From: an uncultured delta proteobacterium
GTDB lineage: Bacteria; Desulfobacterota; Binatia; UBA9968
DNA: 64,000 nt
Direction of reading: 5' to 3'
Assembly: GCA_963755715.1 (NCBI GenBank)
Contig: CAVWLW010000073.1
Span: 97,152-161,151, forward strand
Each line of letters opens with the position of its first letter. Position 1 is the first letter of the stretch. The notes beneath the pieces were generated by a model that saw only the letters and a program-made list of their open reading frames with translations, was not told the DNA's origin and searched no databases. Positions 31,517 to 43,290 of this stretch are shown piece by piece. Position numbers and translations under genes: made by a program.

Positions 31517-31732
31517 TTGACTTCGGCATCGGGGGTGCCGAGCTCTTCTAGCCGTGAAATACGTTTGCCGCGCGGATTCTGCGTGCGTCGTCCAGATTCG
31601 TTAATTCGTCTGCTTGGTGCGGACAATCGCTTGCTGTTACCGTGAGCGTCGACGGTTTCGATCTGTTGGCAGATGTGGGAACAGAGTCAGTCATGAAACA
31701 ATCTTTTTCTTCAGGCAATGCCGTGCGTTCGG

Positions 31733-33158
31733 CTAGAGCTGCGGCAGATCGGCAACGTTCCAGCCACCGCCGAGCGCTTTGACCAATAGTACGCTGGCGT
31801 CCATGCGCCGGCGCATGATGTCGACTTGGTTGCGTTCATTGGTCAGCGCCACGGTCTGAGCCGTGATGACCTGGAGGTAGTTATCGACTCCGCCTTTGTA
31901 GCGATTGGTAAAGAGCTGCAGGGATTCCCGCGCCGACACCACCGCGCGCTCTTGTTGCTGCGTTTCCTGCTCGAGGATGCGCAACGCGGCGAGATTGTCT
32001 TCCACTTGTTGAAAGGCATCCAGCGTGGCCTGGCGGTAGCTCGCCACGGTCGCGTCATAATTGGCAAGCGCCGCTTCGGAAGTGGCTCGCCGCCGCCCGC
32101 CATCGAAAATCGTTTGCGCCAAAGAACTTCCGACCGCCCACAAAAAGCTTTGCCAACCCCCCAAATTTCGAATCGAGCTGCTTTCGAAGCCGAGCAAAGC
32201 ATTGAGTGTTACGGTCGGAAAGTAAGCCGCCTTGGCGATGCCGATCTGCTCATTGGCTTCGGCGACCCGACGCTCTGCGGCAGCGATGTCCGGCCGTCGC
32301 TCTAAAAGTTCCGACGGGAGACCCGCCGGTATATCCGGTGGCTGGAGATCCAGCGGCGCCGGCTGCAAGCTGAACTCCGCAGGGGGTTTTCCGATCAGGA
32401 CGGCGATGGCATGTTCGAACTGCGCCCGCTGCACGGCGATGTCCGTGGCCTGCACTTGCGTCGTTTCCAGTTGCGTCTGCGCCTGCGCCACATCGGACTT
32501 CGGCGCGGCGCCGCCTTCGAAGCGATTGATCGTGAGCTGCAAGGCTTCCTTGAAGGCCTGGACCGTGTCATTGAGGAGCCGTTGTTGTGCGTCGGCGCTG
32601 CGCAGCTCTAAATAATCGACGGCGAGCTCTGCCTGAATGCTGAGTCTGGCGCTTTCCAGGTCGCCGGCGGTTGCTTGCGCTTCTTCGCGGGCGGCGGTCA
32701 CGCTGCGGCGGATCCGTCCCCACAAGTCGATCTCGTAGGATATGTCGCCGGTCAAAAGAAAGTCGCCGGTGGAGGCCCCGTTCGCCGACGTTACAAAGGG
32801 TCTGTTCGTCGAATCGCGCAGGGAACTCGCGCTGAACCCGGCCGAAACCGTAGGGAACAATCCCGCGCGGGCAAAACCGATTAACGCGCGCGCCTGGCGA
32901 AAATGCGCCTCGGCCACTTTCACGTTTTGGTTGGCCTCGCTCACTTGTTCTTCCAGCGCATTCAGCTGCGGATCTCCAAAGATCTCCCACCATTTACCGC
33001 GGGGGATAGTGTCGCTGGGGCGCGCGAGCTTCCAGCCCTGGTCCTCCTTGTAGGTCGCCGTCATCGGCACCGATGGCTTGAAATAGTCCGGTCCCACCAT
33101 GCAACCGGCGCACAGCAACACCACAGCAGCAGTAAGACCGAGGCTAAAACGATTTCAT
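31733..33158 (-). CDS. NodT/OprM-family outer-membrane efflux lipoprotein (true start probably 33158, with one extra A just after ATG)
   Basis: LCAGCMVGPDY lipobox; PSELLERRPDIAAAER; ALGGGW; ATGA overlap with the adaptor stop. Confidence 0.9.
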
Positions 33159-34369
33159 CGCGCGGTGGCCTGAGCGGGTGATGGATTGACTCGAACGGCA
33201 GTGCCGTCGATCAGAGAGTCGCTTGGATTGATGATGACCGGATCCGTAGGTTGGAGCCCAGTCACAACTTCTACGCTGTTGCCGTAGTCACGGCCGATGG
33301 TCACCGGGACGAGTTGCGCGCGGCCGTTGCGAACCACGCCGACGCGCAAGCCCTCGGAGCGGAACAGCAGGGTGTTGGCCGGCAGCGTGACGGAGCTGAC
33401 CGATTGCGGCAATTTGAGATGAACGCTGACGTAAGCGCCGGGAAGCAGCGTGCCGCTGCGATTATCCACATCGACCTCGACCAGCAGAGTTCGTGACGCC
33501 GGATCGATGGAGTTGGAGTTTCGCGCGATCGTGCCGCTGAAAGTTTTGCCGGGAAATTCGTCGAGCGTCAGGAATGCCGTCGCGCCCGGGCGCACTGCCT
33601 GCGCATAGAGTTGCGGCACGGCGACAAAGACCCGCAAGATGTTGATTGCCGCAAGGTGGAACAGCTCCTGCGTCGGCGTACTTGCGCCTGAATTAATGAG
33701 CGCGCCGATATCCGTGTTGCGCGCCGTGATCACGCCGTCGAAAGGAGCATAAATCTTCTGAAACCCCTGCAGTTCCTCCAGGCGGCGGACATTGGAGGTG
33801 TTTGAGTCGACCGTGGCTTTCATCGCATGGAAGGCGCTCACCGCCACGTCGGTTTCCTGCTTTGACACGGAGTTCGTTTTCCAGAGGGCCTCCCAGCGGT
33901 CCGCGGTGATTTCGGCCTGGCGCAGGTTGGCCTGCGCGGTTTGAAGATCCGCCCGAGCTTGTTGCAACTGCTGGTCCACTTCCGGCGTCTCGATCTCGGC
34001 CAGCAACTGGCCTTTCTTCACACGTGTCCCGATGTCAACGTGCCAGCTTTTCACATAACCGTTCGTCCGCGCAAAGATCGGCGCATCGGTAAAAGCCTGG
34101 GTATTTCCCGGCAGAACAATTTCATTGGTAGGAGCGCCGGTCTTTGGATAGACCACATTGACGGAGGGTATCGCGGCGGCCGCGGTCGACTGTTTCAGAT
34201 CCGCCTCCGCTTTTCTCCGGCTGATGAAGCCGAAGCCAATCACGACGATAAATATGACCAAGAGCGCGGCTGAAATTACATAGGTACCGAGCTTAGCGCT
34301 CCGGCGCTTTGCCTCCTGTGTGGTATCTTTGAGCTGGGTTTCTGGCCCTGTTTCCTCTGCAGTTGCCAT
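33155..34369 (-). CDS. RND periplasmic adaptor (MFP)
   Basis: N-terminal TM; PIFARTNGYV; IYAPFDGVITARN; IDPASRTLLVEVD. Confidence 0.92.
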   Translation of the reverse strand: MATAEETGPETQLKDTTQEAKRRSAKLGTYVISAALLVIFIVVIGFGFISRRKAEADLKQSTAAAAIPSVNVVYPKTGAPTNEIVLPGNTQAFTDAPIFARTNGYVKSWHVDIGTRVKKGQLLAEIETPEVDQQLQQARADLQTAQANLRQAEITADRWEALWKTNSVSKQETDVAVSAFHAMKATVDSNTSNVRRLEELQGFQKIYAPFDGVITARNTDIGALINSGASTPTQELFHLAAINILRVFVAVPQLYAQAVRPGATAFLTLDEFPGKTFSGTIARNSNSIDPASRTLLVEVDVDNRSGTLLPGAYVSVHLKLPQSVSSVTLPANTLLFRSEGLRVGVVRNGRAQLVPVTIGRDYGNSVEVVTGLQPTDPVIINPSDSLIDGTAVRVNPSPAQATAR

Positions 34370-34408
34370 CGAAATTACTCCTTGAATAGACTGTCCGCCG
34401 TTCGCTTG

Positions 34409-37400
34409 TTATTGACGTGTCGATTGAGCGGCGCGCCGTCTGCCGTGGAAAATACTAAACACCGCCGGCACAAAAATCATCGTGGCCACCGTGGCGCACA
34501 GCAGCCCACCGATGACGGCCCGCCCGAGGGGCGCGTTCTGCTCACCGCCGTCGCCCAAGCCAAGGGCCATGGGAACCATGCCGATGATCATTGCGAGCGC
34601 CGTCATGAGCACGGGGCGAAAACGCGTAAACCCGGATTCGATAGCGGCCTCGAGCGCATTTCCATGCTCCGCAAGCCGCTCTTTGGCAAACGACACGACG
34701 AGGATGCTATTGGCGGTGGCGACGCCCATGCACATGATCGAGCCCATCAACGCCGGGACGCTAAGCGTGGTGTGAGTGATAAACAGGAAAACGATGATGC
34801 CGGCCAACGCGGCGGGCAACGCCGTGATGATAATGAAAGGATCCAGCCAGGACTGGAAATTCACCACGATCAATAGATAGACCAGGACGATCGCGAAACC
34901 GAGACCCGCCAGCAAGCCGATATAGGATGTGCGCATCGTGGAGAGCTGTCCGCGAATCGTGATGAAGCTGCCGCGCGGCAATAGCTTTTGGTTGGCATCG
35001 ACGATGCGGGTGATTTCACTGCCGACGGCGCCGAGGTCCCGGTCCTGCACGGAGGCATAAATGTCCACGACGCGGCGGATGTCATAGTGATTCAGCACCG
35101 CCATCTCACTCGATCGCGTGATCGAGGCGACGTCGGCCAAAATCTCCGGACTCTTCATCGTCGCCGAAGTAATCGGCATGTTCTGAAGATCTTGCAGGGA
35201 TTGAATCCGGTATTGGGGGGTCTGGGTCGCCAAGTTATAGTTGACGCCGTTTTGCCAATTCAGGAAAAAGGTCGGAGTCGTCTGAAAACTTCCGCTCAGC
35301 GACACCAACAAGCTGCTGGCGACGTCCCGCTGGGTGAAGCCGCCGCCGGCTGCTTTCGTGCGGTCCACGTCGATATGGAATTTCGGGTAATCGAAGTCTT
35401 GCTGAATGCGCGGGTCGACGATACCCGGTACTTGGCGTATCTCGTTCAGTATCTTGTCGGCGATCTTTCGATTGCTTTGGACGTCGGCGCCCTCGATCTG
35501 AATATCGATCGGGCGCCGGCAAGCCAAAGTTCAAAATTTGAGTGACGATGTCGGCGGGTAGGAAATAAAAGGTATTGCCTGGGAATTCAGCCCCGAGAGT
35601 TTTGCGCAGCTCTCGGACATATTCCGCCGTCGGGACGATGATTTTCCTTGAGGGAGACTAGGATGTCTGCGTCCGCGGCGCTGATCAGGCCAGAGGTGTT
35701 GTGCATGTAATTAATAGTGCTGTAGGGCAACCCGATGTTGTCGAGAATATTGTCCAGTTCCTGGGCCGGAATGACCCGGCGGATCGAGTTTTCAACGAGA
35801 TCGGCAAGGCGTGCAGTCTCTTCAATGCGCGTACCGGTCTTGGCACGCATGTGAAGGCTAAACTGGCCGCTGTCGGTGTCAGGAAAAAAGTTTTCACCCA
35901 GCCAGGGCACGAGGGCCCAGGCGGAAAGACAGAGCAGAAGAAACACAGGGACAAACATGAACCGCCGATGAACCAGCGTCGTGAGTAGGCGCTGGTAGCC
36001 GAGGCGAAGACGCTCAAACCCGCGCTCGAACGAGTCCTGAAACCGGATGAATGGATTGCGCGAAGTAGCCGCATGGTGATCTTTCGGTTTCAGGAGATAC
36101 AGCGCCATCGTAGGCACGAGGGTTCGAGACAAGAAATACGACGCGAGCATGGCGAAGACCACCGCCTCGGCTAGCGGCACGAAGAGGTAACGCGCGACGC
36201 CGCTCAAAAAAAACATCGGCAGGAACACGATGCAAATGCTGAGCGTGGACACCAGGGCGGGAACGGCGATTTGCGACGCGCCGTCGAGGATCGCCTGCTT
36301 GATTTCCTTACCCTGATCCAGATTCCGGTTGGTGTTCTCGATCTCCACGGTGGCGTCATCCACCAGCATGCCCACCGCGAGCGCGAGCCCGCCAAGCGTC
36401 ATAATGTTGATGGTTTCTCCTAAGGCACTGAGAACGATGATCGAGACTAGAATGGAGAGCGGGATGGAAACCGCAATGATCAACGTGCTGCGCCAGCTTC
36501 CCAGGAAAATCAGGATCATCAAACCGGTGAGGCAGGCGGCGATAACGGCTTCGCGGATTACGCCGCTCACGGCGGAGCGCACGAAGATCGATTGATCCGC
36601 AAGCGCCTGAACTTTTAGCTGGGGCGGCAGCGTGGCGGCGACACGCGGAAGAATCGTCCGAATGCCGTTGACGACGTCCAGTGTGGACGCGCTCCCCGCC
36701 TTGAGCACGGTGACGAGCACGCCGCGCAGGCCATCGTGCCGGACAATGTTGGTCTGCGGCGCAAAGCCGTTGCGCACGTGGGCCACGTCCCGAAGATAGA
36801 TCGTCGAGCTGCCCACCTGCTTGATTGGAAGGTCGTTCAGTTGCTCGACGGTTCTGGGTGCGCCGTTGATATCGACGTCATATTCAAATTGACCGATTTT
36901 CGCCGTGCCGGAAGGCAATACCAGGTTTTGCAGATTTACCGCGTTCACCACGTCGGTCGCCGACAAACCCTTGGATTGAAGCAACGCCGGGTTCAAATCG
37001 ATCATCACTTGGGTTTGTTTGCCGCCGTAGGGATAAGGCACCGCCGCGCCGGGAACCGTGACGAGTTGGGTTCGCAAAAAATTCAAACCGAGGTCGTTGA
37101 GCTGCTGCTCGGAAAGGCCTTCTCCTGAAAGAGCAAGCTGGATGATCGGCACGGTTGAAGCGCTGAAGTTGAGGATCAACGGGGGCTGCGCGCCGGCGGG
37201 CAACTGGCGCAGAGCGACCTGCGATACCGCCGTGATCTGCGCGTTGGCGATAGCGAGACTGGCATTCGGCTGAAGAAAAACTTTGATGATCGATTGACCA
37301 TTGATGGTCGTCGATTCGATGTGCTCGATGTTGTCGACGACCGTAGTGAGAATGCGTTCGAAGCCGGTCGTGAAGCGGCCTTCCATCTCTTCCGGATTTA

Positions 37401-37560
37401 GTCCTGTGAACTGCCAGGCGACAGCGACCACGGGAATATTGATATTCGGAAAGATGTCCGTCGGCGTGCGCTGGATCACCACGGGGCTCGCCAACAAGAT
37501 CAATAGCGAGAGGACGATAAAGGTATACGGACGATTAAGTGCGAGTCTAACTATCCACAT
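34409..37560 (-). CDS. RND permease (AcrB/AcrD/AcrF family), frameshifted at ~35520-35630
   Basis: MWIVRLALNRPYTF; TPTDIFPNINIPVV; VGMLVDDATVEIEN; GVATANSILVV; RFRPVLMTALAMIIGM. Confidence 0.9.
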
Positions 37561-37669
37561 ATTGCCATCACTTTACTGTTTGTTAATTGGAGGGAGATGC
37601 CAAAGCGAGCGGAAGCGGAGCTTCACTCTAGAATTAGATCTCCCCTGTTTCTTGGTAACAACTCTATGG

Positions 37670-37684
37670 GCAATCGATGTGCCA
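37670..37684 (-). promoter_or_regulatory. sigma54 -24/-12 promoter of the second RND operon
   Basis: TGGCAC-ATCGA-TTGC. Confidence 0.82.
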
Positions 37685-37769
37685 ACTTCACCGAGTATTG
37701 CAGAGACGCTTTGGGCGGTGAAATTGAACAAGTTATCTTTTAAAGTTGCCGAACATGAGAAGGTCGCCG

Positions 37770-37803
37770 TGCCGCTGTGTCGACAGGTGCCGAAATACGG
37801 GCG
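37770..37803. promoter_or_regulatory. Tandem enhancer-like site (candidate UAS)
   Basis: TGCCGCTGTGTCGACA-GG-TGCCGAAATACGGGCG. Confidence 0.62.
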
Positions 37804-38116
37804 TTGAGTTCGGTGCGGTAGCGGAGTGAGCAAAAAATAAGCAAATTTGACACCGAGTTTTCCCTGGGATGACGACGCCGTTTGCCGCGCCATCGACGTA
37901 ATCGGGTTTGGATTTGCGGCCAAAGCCACCGGCCGAAATACCGTGCGCTGTCTAAATGACAACACTAACCGTGGCGGGAAAACGTAGCCAAAGATATTTG
38001 AAATGGTCGGTTGAAATTGGCACTACGGATTCGGCAAAGGATCCCGGCAGCCACTCGGAGTATGCCCGCATTCCAACCGACGGCTCATCTCTTCACCAGC
38101 GGTAATAAAACTTGCG

Positions 38117-38590
38117 TCAGACTGTAACTATGCCCAAGCGGCGCGCTGGCGTCTGCGTTGCCAGAATCCGATCTACGGAAAAAGCGCCCGCTCCTTTAAT
38201 GAAAATGGCCAGTCCCAACGCGATGGCAAGCAGATGAAATTCATATCCTTCGCCTGGTTGTTTACCGCTCCAATTCATAAAGAAGCCAACCCTGCTGTGT
38301 ACCATCAAGATAGCTACGACCATATTGACAATGATTCCTAGCGCAGCGATGCGAGTGAGAAATCCGACCAACAGCCCCAGTCCGCCCAGAAACTCGGCCG
38401 CGATCGCGAGAACCGCTAGCCAGGCTGGAATACCGATTTGTTGGAAAAAACCTATGGTGCTGCTAAAGCCCGGGCCGCCGAACAAACCCAGCGCCTTTTG
38501 CGCGCCGTGCGCGAAAAACACAATCCCGAAAATCAGCCGAATGATTGTAATGGTGCGGTCGTTCGCAGTGTCGACAAGTTTATGAAACAT
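38117..38590 (-). CDS. DoxX-family membrane protein
   Basis: RLIFGIVFFAHGAQK; AEFLGGLGLLVGFLTR; GYEFHLL; GAGAFSVD. Confidence 0.9.
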   Translation of the reverse strand: MFHKLVDTANDRTITIIRLIFGIVFFAHGAQKALGLFGGPGFSSTIGFFQQIGIPAWLAVLAIAAEFLGGLGLLVGFLTRIAALGIIVNMVVAILMVHSRVGFFMNWSGKQPGEGYEFHLLAIALGLAIFIKGAGAFSVDRILATQTPARRLGIVTV

Positions 38591-38912
38591 AAATTTTTCT
38601 CCCTTACGTTCCAATTTTACATGGACACAGTGCGCTGCTTGCAAAAATGCTGCAGCCAACTGTGCTCATAATCGCGTTTAGCACTTGGCCGTCCATAATT
38701 AACCAGAATTGCTGCCTCCACATTCGTCGTGTAACGGGAACCCTATCGCACGGTTGAGCTTTACTGGCAATTACAAGCTTCACTGGGTTTCTTGAATCTC
38801 CCAATCATTGCATAAATCGGCTAAGCCGTGGTTATTCTCCGGAGTAACGTAGTGGCTATCGTCCTCGGTAATTTCTCGATATCCGTGAACCGCAACAGGA
38901 GCTAAAAGCTTA

Positions 38913-39534
38913 ATGCCAGACTTGACACAGCTCATTGGCCATTGGGGATATTCGGCCATTTTTTTCATTGTCATCCTCGGCAGTATTGGAATTCCGGTGC
39001 CTGAAGAAGCGATAATGTTTCTGGCGGGCCTCCTGGTGTGGAAGAAAAAGCTTGAACTTTCGGTCGTTCTTATTGTTGGTTTTCTGAGCACGGTAATCGG
39101 CGACAACCTCGGTTACTGGGCTGGCAGAACCTATGGGCGAGCGACAATCGAGCGCTACGGACAAAAGCTATTTATTAGTTCCGAACGCTTGGACGTGATG
39201 CAAAATTTTGTAAATCGTCACGGTCAAGTCGCGGTTTTTTTGGCGCGGTTTATTCCAGGACTTCGGTTCCTGGCCGGACCCATGACCGGCATCGCGGGCA
39301 TGCCGTTTCCACGGTTTTTCCTAGCGAACATTTGCTGGCGCCGCGGTCTATGTTCCCTTGACTGTCGCATTCGGCTACGCCTTCGGCTTAGGTTTTGGCG
39401 AGTATATTCACTGGCTCGAGGGTTACCTGACAAAAGCCGAACACATCGTTCTCGCTGCAATCATGATGACTGCAGTGACTTCTTTCGGTTGGAGAGCTCT
39501 TAAGCCCAAGCGTTTGCGTCGCCGTGAGAAATAA
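38913..39534 (+). CDS. DedA-family membrane protein, frameshifted after ~39335
   Basis: GIPVPEE; GDNLGYWAGR; ARFIPGLR; AGMPFPRFFLAN. Confidence 0.85.
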
Positions 39535-39607
39535 ACTATCGGAGCAGCAGATCGAGCGGCGTCGCGTTTGTTGTGAAGTGGAGAATCCTCGATCCAGCTT
39601 CTAAAGC

Positions 39608-40165
39608 CTACTTTCCCTTTGCCTCGGCTTTTATAATTACGCCACAGGCGATCCGATCTCCAGAATTACCCGCGGGATCAGTGACATTATCGTCCGCAGT
39701 TGCGTGGACGACGATGGCGCTTCCATCTGCGTCAAATACAGACGTCTCTCCAGCGCCCAGCGTCATGCTCTCCATGAGCGCCTCATATCGTCCCATCCCG
39801 TCTTTGTTGACAAACATATCCGGTAGATCACCGGCGTGAGGACCATCGGGATTTTTTAAACCATGCTTTTTGTTCTGCGGATTGAAATGACCTCCGGCGC
39901 TCGTAAAGGCGGGCGCGTCACATTTGCCGACCGTGTGGACATGCACCGCGTGCAACCCTTGAGGCAGCCCTTTGACGTTTACAGTTATGACCACTCCATC
40001 CTTCGTCTCACGAAGGGAAGCGGTGCCAACACTTTTTCCCTCGGCGTTCTTGATATCAGCGCGCGCTTGGTTCTGCGCGCCGGCGTTCGCCGTGTGGATC
40101 AACAGAAATAATAAGATCAACAAGACCGTGGCTAACGCAACGATGTCTCGCGTTGTATTGAACAT
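39608..40165 (-). CDS. sodC: Periplasmic Cu/Zn superoxide dismutase
   Basis: Signal peptide; HAVHVH..GKC; SAGGHFNP..KHG; PHAGDLP; GNSGDRIACGVI. Confidence 0.92.
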   Translation of the reverse strand: MFNTTRDIVALATVLLILLFLLIHTANAGAQNQARADIKNAEGKSVGTASLRETKDGVVITVNVKGLPQGLHAVHVHTVGKCDAPAFTSAGGHFNPQNKKHGLKNPDGPHAGDLPDMFVNKDGMGRYEALMESMTLGAGETSVFDADGSAIVVHATADDNVTDPAGNSGDRIACGVIIKAEAKGK

Positions 40166-40335
40166 GACGCTCTTCCTCCGGTTTTCAGAACGTGTACTGC
40201 AGTGCCGCGTAGAAGAAGTTGCTATTCTTGTCGCGGCCGTGTTGCCGCGCGAGTCTGTTCGATCTAACCCGTCGATTCTTTCGGTCAATTGCTCAGCGAT
40301 CCGACGGCCGGCTGGTTGTCCGCAATCAGCGTAAG

Positions 40336-40953
40336 CTACAGTCCCAAGTCCAGAGTGCGAACTTTCTGCAGGCGTTGGCGGACGTCCTCCCAGTTGACGA
40401 TCTTCCAGAAGGCCTTCACCCATTCCCCCTTCACGTTCTGGTATTGCAGATAGTAGGCATGCTCCCACATGTCGAGCACGAGAAGCGGCACGGTGCCGTT
40501 GCCGATGTTGCCTTGGTGGTCGTACACCTGCTCGGTCACGAGCCGCTTGGCGAGCGGCTCCCAGGCGAGCGTGCCCCAGCCCGAGCCTTGGACGTTGAGT
40601 GCCGCCTCGTTGAGCTGGCCCTTGAGGTTGGCCACTGAGCCGAACGATTCTTTGATGGCCGCAGCCAGTTCCCCGTCGGGCTCGCCCCCACCGTGCGGGC
40701 TCATGTTGCGCCAGAAGAGCGAGTGCAATACGTGCCCGGAAAGATGAAAGGCGAGATTCTTCTGTAACTGGTTGATGGCCGCGAAATCGCACTTCTCTCG
40801 AGCCTCGGCGAGCTTCTCAAGAGTCGTATTCGCGCCCGCAACGTAGGCGGCATGGTGCTTGTCATGATGCAGCTCGAGCAGCCTCGCCGAGTAGTGCGGT
40901 TCGAGCGCCGCGTAGTCATAGGGCAAGTCGGGAAGCGTGTAACGGTTATCCAT
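40336..40953 (-). CDS. sod: Fe/Mn superoxide dismutase
   Basis: [11 protein letters not shown]; [10 protein letters not shown]; GHVLHSLFW; QGSGWG; LDMWEHAYY. Confidence 0.95.
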   Translation of the reverse strand: MDNRYTLPDLPYDYAALEPHYSARLLELHHDKHHAAYVAGANTTLEKLAEAREKCDFAAINQLQKNLAFHLSGHVLHSLFWRNMSPHGGGEPDGELAAAIKESFGSVANLKGQLNEAALNVQGSGWGTLAWEPLAKRLVTEQVYDHQGNIGNGTVPLLVLDMWEHAYYLQYQNVKGEWVKAFWKIVNWEDVRQRLQKVRTLDLGL

Positions 40954-41171
40954 TGTTACCCTCCAAATTTTTTACCTCGTGATAATCGATGAGACTTTGT
41001 GCACTGAATACGCTGGAGTCAGCCTCGGAACGCCGAATATATAAAGCAAGGCTGATCGGAAGCGTGATGGGTTTGGCAACACGACAAGCGCATTGAAGAA
41101 TTGCCCACGTTTGTAGAAAAAGGGAGACGCCACCGAATTCCTCTGCGGTGAATTAGCTGCGTGATGAGGCA

Positions 41172-41186
41172 GCAAGCATTGAGCCA
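41172..41186 (-). promoter_or_regulatory. sigma54 promoter upstream of the two SOD genes
   Basis: TGGCTC-AATGC-TTGC(T). Confidence 0.65.
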
Positions 41187-41317
41187 ACCGGCCAAAGGGT
41201 TCGGCTCTTGCAGAAGTCGATTACTCGGAACGTCGCAACACCTGGGGAACTGAGATGAAGCAGCGGTTCAGAATCGGCACGGTTCTTTTTATATCGGCTG
41301 CTCCCACGGAGATGCCG

Positions 41318-41352
41318 TGTCGATATGTCGGAACAGTGTCGATATTTCGACA
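41318..41352. promoter_or_regulatory. Tandem enhancer-like site centred between divergent sigma54 promoters
   Basis: TGTCGATATGTCGGAA-CAG-TGTCGATATTTCGACA (3-bp gap; second half nearly a perfect palindrome). Confidence 0.65.
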
Positions 41353-41487
41353 CCACCGGCGGCTGCGATTTACTTTTCAGCCGGACCGCGAAGCACGAGC
41401 GATCAACTTCCACCAGCAACTAGGTAAGTAGAAACGTCGCTCGCTCCGCATTCGGATCATCGCGAGCTAATCTTCTCTTACAGAGGA

Positions 41488-41502
41488 TGGCACACGCCTT
41501 GC
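41488..41502 (+). promoter_or_regulatory. sigma54 promoter with no recognisable downstream gene
   Basis: TGGCAC-ACGCC-TTGC. Confidence 0.7.
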
Positions 41503-41863
41503 CAAAGTCCCGAAGGGAATAAGTCTTCGGGATGGAATTCATTAGGGGCACTCCAAATCGGGGGCACGTGGAACGCAGCAGGCTCTCATGCTGAAACAGA
41601 GCCACCACCCAAACCTCGCGCAGTTTCATGCGCGGCGACTACGGCTCGAAGACGACCCCGCGGGTCTCGGACATCTGATCCCCGAGGAACTGAGCGAGCG
41701 GGCACGGCATCCATTCCATCGCGAAAACACTGAAACGAAACGAACGGCACACCGGCCGCATTCCCGAAGCTGCGATACGCATAGTGAATTCTATGTGCTT
41801 CAACGTGGCGGGTTGGGCAGTTTTACGGTTTCGATTATTGAAATCGACGTCTCCTCGTCTAAA

Positions 41864-42367
41864 TCAGACGGCTCGCGATTCTTTTGCCGATCGTTCAGCC
41901 TTCTTGATCAAGTTCGCTAGTTTTGTATCGAGAGATCGCGCCACGGTGGTGACGTCCGGATTACCGAACTGCCCGAAGAGAGAAGAAGGCTGATCAAATT
42001 CGATGCGCGTCGACTGGTCGTTGGCCTCATAGACCAACACTCTCAGCGGCGCATAGAGTGCCGCTCTAATATCACGGCGGGTCATCGTCACCGCGATGAG
42101 CGGGTTTCCCAGAACGTACTGCTTAGCTTTGGTTGGCGCTCCGACGATGTTCAGGAGTTTGCCATGCTCCTGGACGTTGAAAAGCATAAGACCTTCTTCT
42201 CCAGCCGATGCTTCAAGGCGCTTTTCTACCGACCGAGGATCCGTTTCGAGATCCTTAGCTAGAGAGGAGTCGAATCGACCGAGAGATTTTTCGAGCGTTT
42301 GAGTGAAACTCTCAAAGTCGGCCTTTATTTCCAACGACACGTGGCGGACTTCAATTTTGCGTTCCAT
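41864..42367 (-). CDS. DUF302-family protein
   Basis: HGKLL; QYVLGNPLIAVTM; AALYAPLRVLVYE; FDQPSSLFGQFGN. Confidence 0.85.
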   Translation of the reverse strand: MERKIEVRHVSLEIKADFESFTQTLEKSLGRFDSSLAKDLETDPRSVEKRLEASAGEEGLMLFNVQEHGKLLNIVGAPTKAKQYVLGNPLIAVTMTRRDIRAALYAPLRVLVYEANDQSTRIEFDQPSSLFGQFGNPDVTTVARSLDTKLANLIKKAERSAKESRAV

Positions 42368-42560
42368 TTCAGGCTCCTTTTATTGACGTCATTCCTACCG
42401 ATAAAACCGAACTAAACACTCGCCGGGTATTTTCAATCTCTACCTGACCCAATCGTTCATTGAACCTCTTGAATTCACGTCGTAACGCGTGTCAGGAAAC
42501 CCGCGCGTCTCTCGGAAGCCCTGAAAACCCGAATCGCTTCTCTTTCTTTAAGTTAGCTCG

Positions 42561-42575
42561 GCAAGGCTTGTGCCA
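42561..42575 (-). promoter_or_regulatory. sigma54 promoter of the DUF302 gene
   Basis: TGGCAC-AAGCC-TTGC. Confidence 0.78.
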
Positions 42576-42674
42576 AAGCAGATCGATGTCTAGATGACAC
42601 CTGGAAGTAACGGAAACTTGGAACATAGGAGATTGCTCCGTCTTTCGGTTGGAAAAACTGTGACGAAAGAAATG

Positions 42675-42708
42675 TGACGGCCTATCGACAGCAGGCAAAA
42701 TATCGGCA
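42675..42708. promoter_or_regulatory. Tandem enhancer-like site (candidate UAS)
   Basis: TGACGGCCTATCGACA-GC-AGGCAAAATATCGGCA, 100 bp upstream of the promoter. Confidence 0.62.
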
Positions 42709-42820
42709 ATCGTGTCGTCTTCAACGTGATTGGAATTGCGTGCGTTGTTATTGAAGTGTCCTGTCTGCCCAAGGTCAAAGAAAAAATGGCAACAGTTTCT
42801 ATCCCAATCTTCGTCGTGCA

Positions 42821-43009
42821 TTAGTCGCGCTCTGCCACTCGGCTTGCTTGCGGAAGATTAGAACGCTTTCCGCTTCGCCGGCGGCGCTGTTTAGCTCGTC
42901 GTACGCGCTGCGCTTTGAGAATAATTCGCTCCGGCAGGTCTGGATCGGCGGGATGGAACCGGCGATGACCGAGCAGCGTGTCGAGTTTGTCGTTTTGATT
43001 TTCTCGCAT
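42821..43009 (-). CDS. Small basic hypothetical protein (62 aa), possibly a truncated remnant
   Basis: GAGAG before ATG; helical DKLDTLL..RR...DPDLPERIILKA; sigma54-like site at 43094-43108. Confidence 0.4.
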   Translation of the reverse strand: MRENQNDKLDTLLGHRRFHPADPDLPERIILKAQRVRRAKQRRRRSGKRSNLPQASRVAERD

Positions 43010-43093
43010 GGAACTCTCACGCGTTAGACATCATGCGATCTCTTCTAGTGTCGAGATTTCGTCTGGAACACACCCACTCATCTCTGGAACAGA

Positions 43094-43108
43094 GCAAGGG
43101 ATATACCA
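43094..43108 (-). promoter_or_regulatory. sigma54-like promoter
   Basis: TGGTAT-ATCCC-TTGC(T). Confidence 0.5.
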
Positions 43109-43290
43109 GTTACGGAAAGCGATTGCCTGGCACTCAGCGTTTGCCGCAGACGTTGGGGTGAGGCTTCTTTCCTGACGATCTTCCTCTTAGCCACACCTCT
43201 CTCCTCTTAGCCACACCAGTTTTGAATGTTCGACACCGCGGTATCTTTGGATGAACGCGTATTTTCGCCGTCGATGTGCAGCACAATCCA

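Noticed and set aside
38832-38847. TTATTC-TCCG-GAGTAA between doxX and dedA as another regulator box
   Set aside because: It has the 6-4-6 geometry but several mismatches and lacks the GAATCTA flank; not supportable without a PWM.
39608-40792. 394-aa ORF suggesting a long or fused SodC
   Set aside because: The N-terminal half is an alternate frame of the Fe/Mn SOD gene; SodC has its own RBS and signal peptide from 40165.
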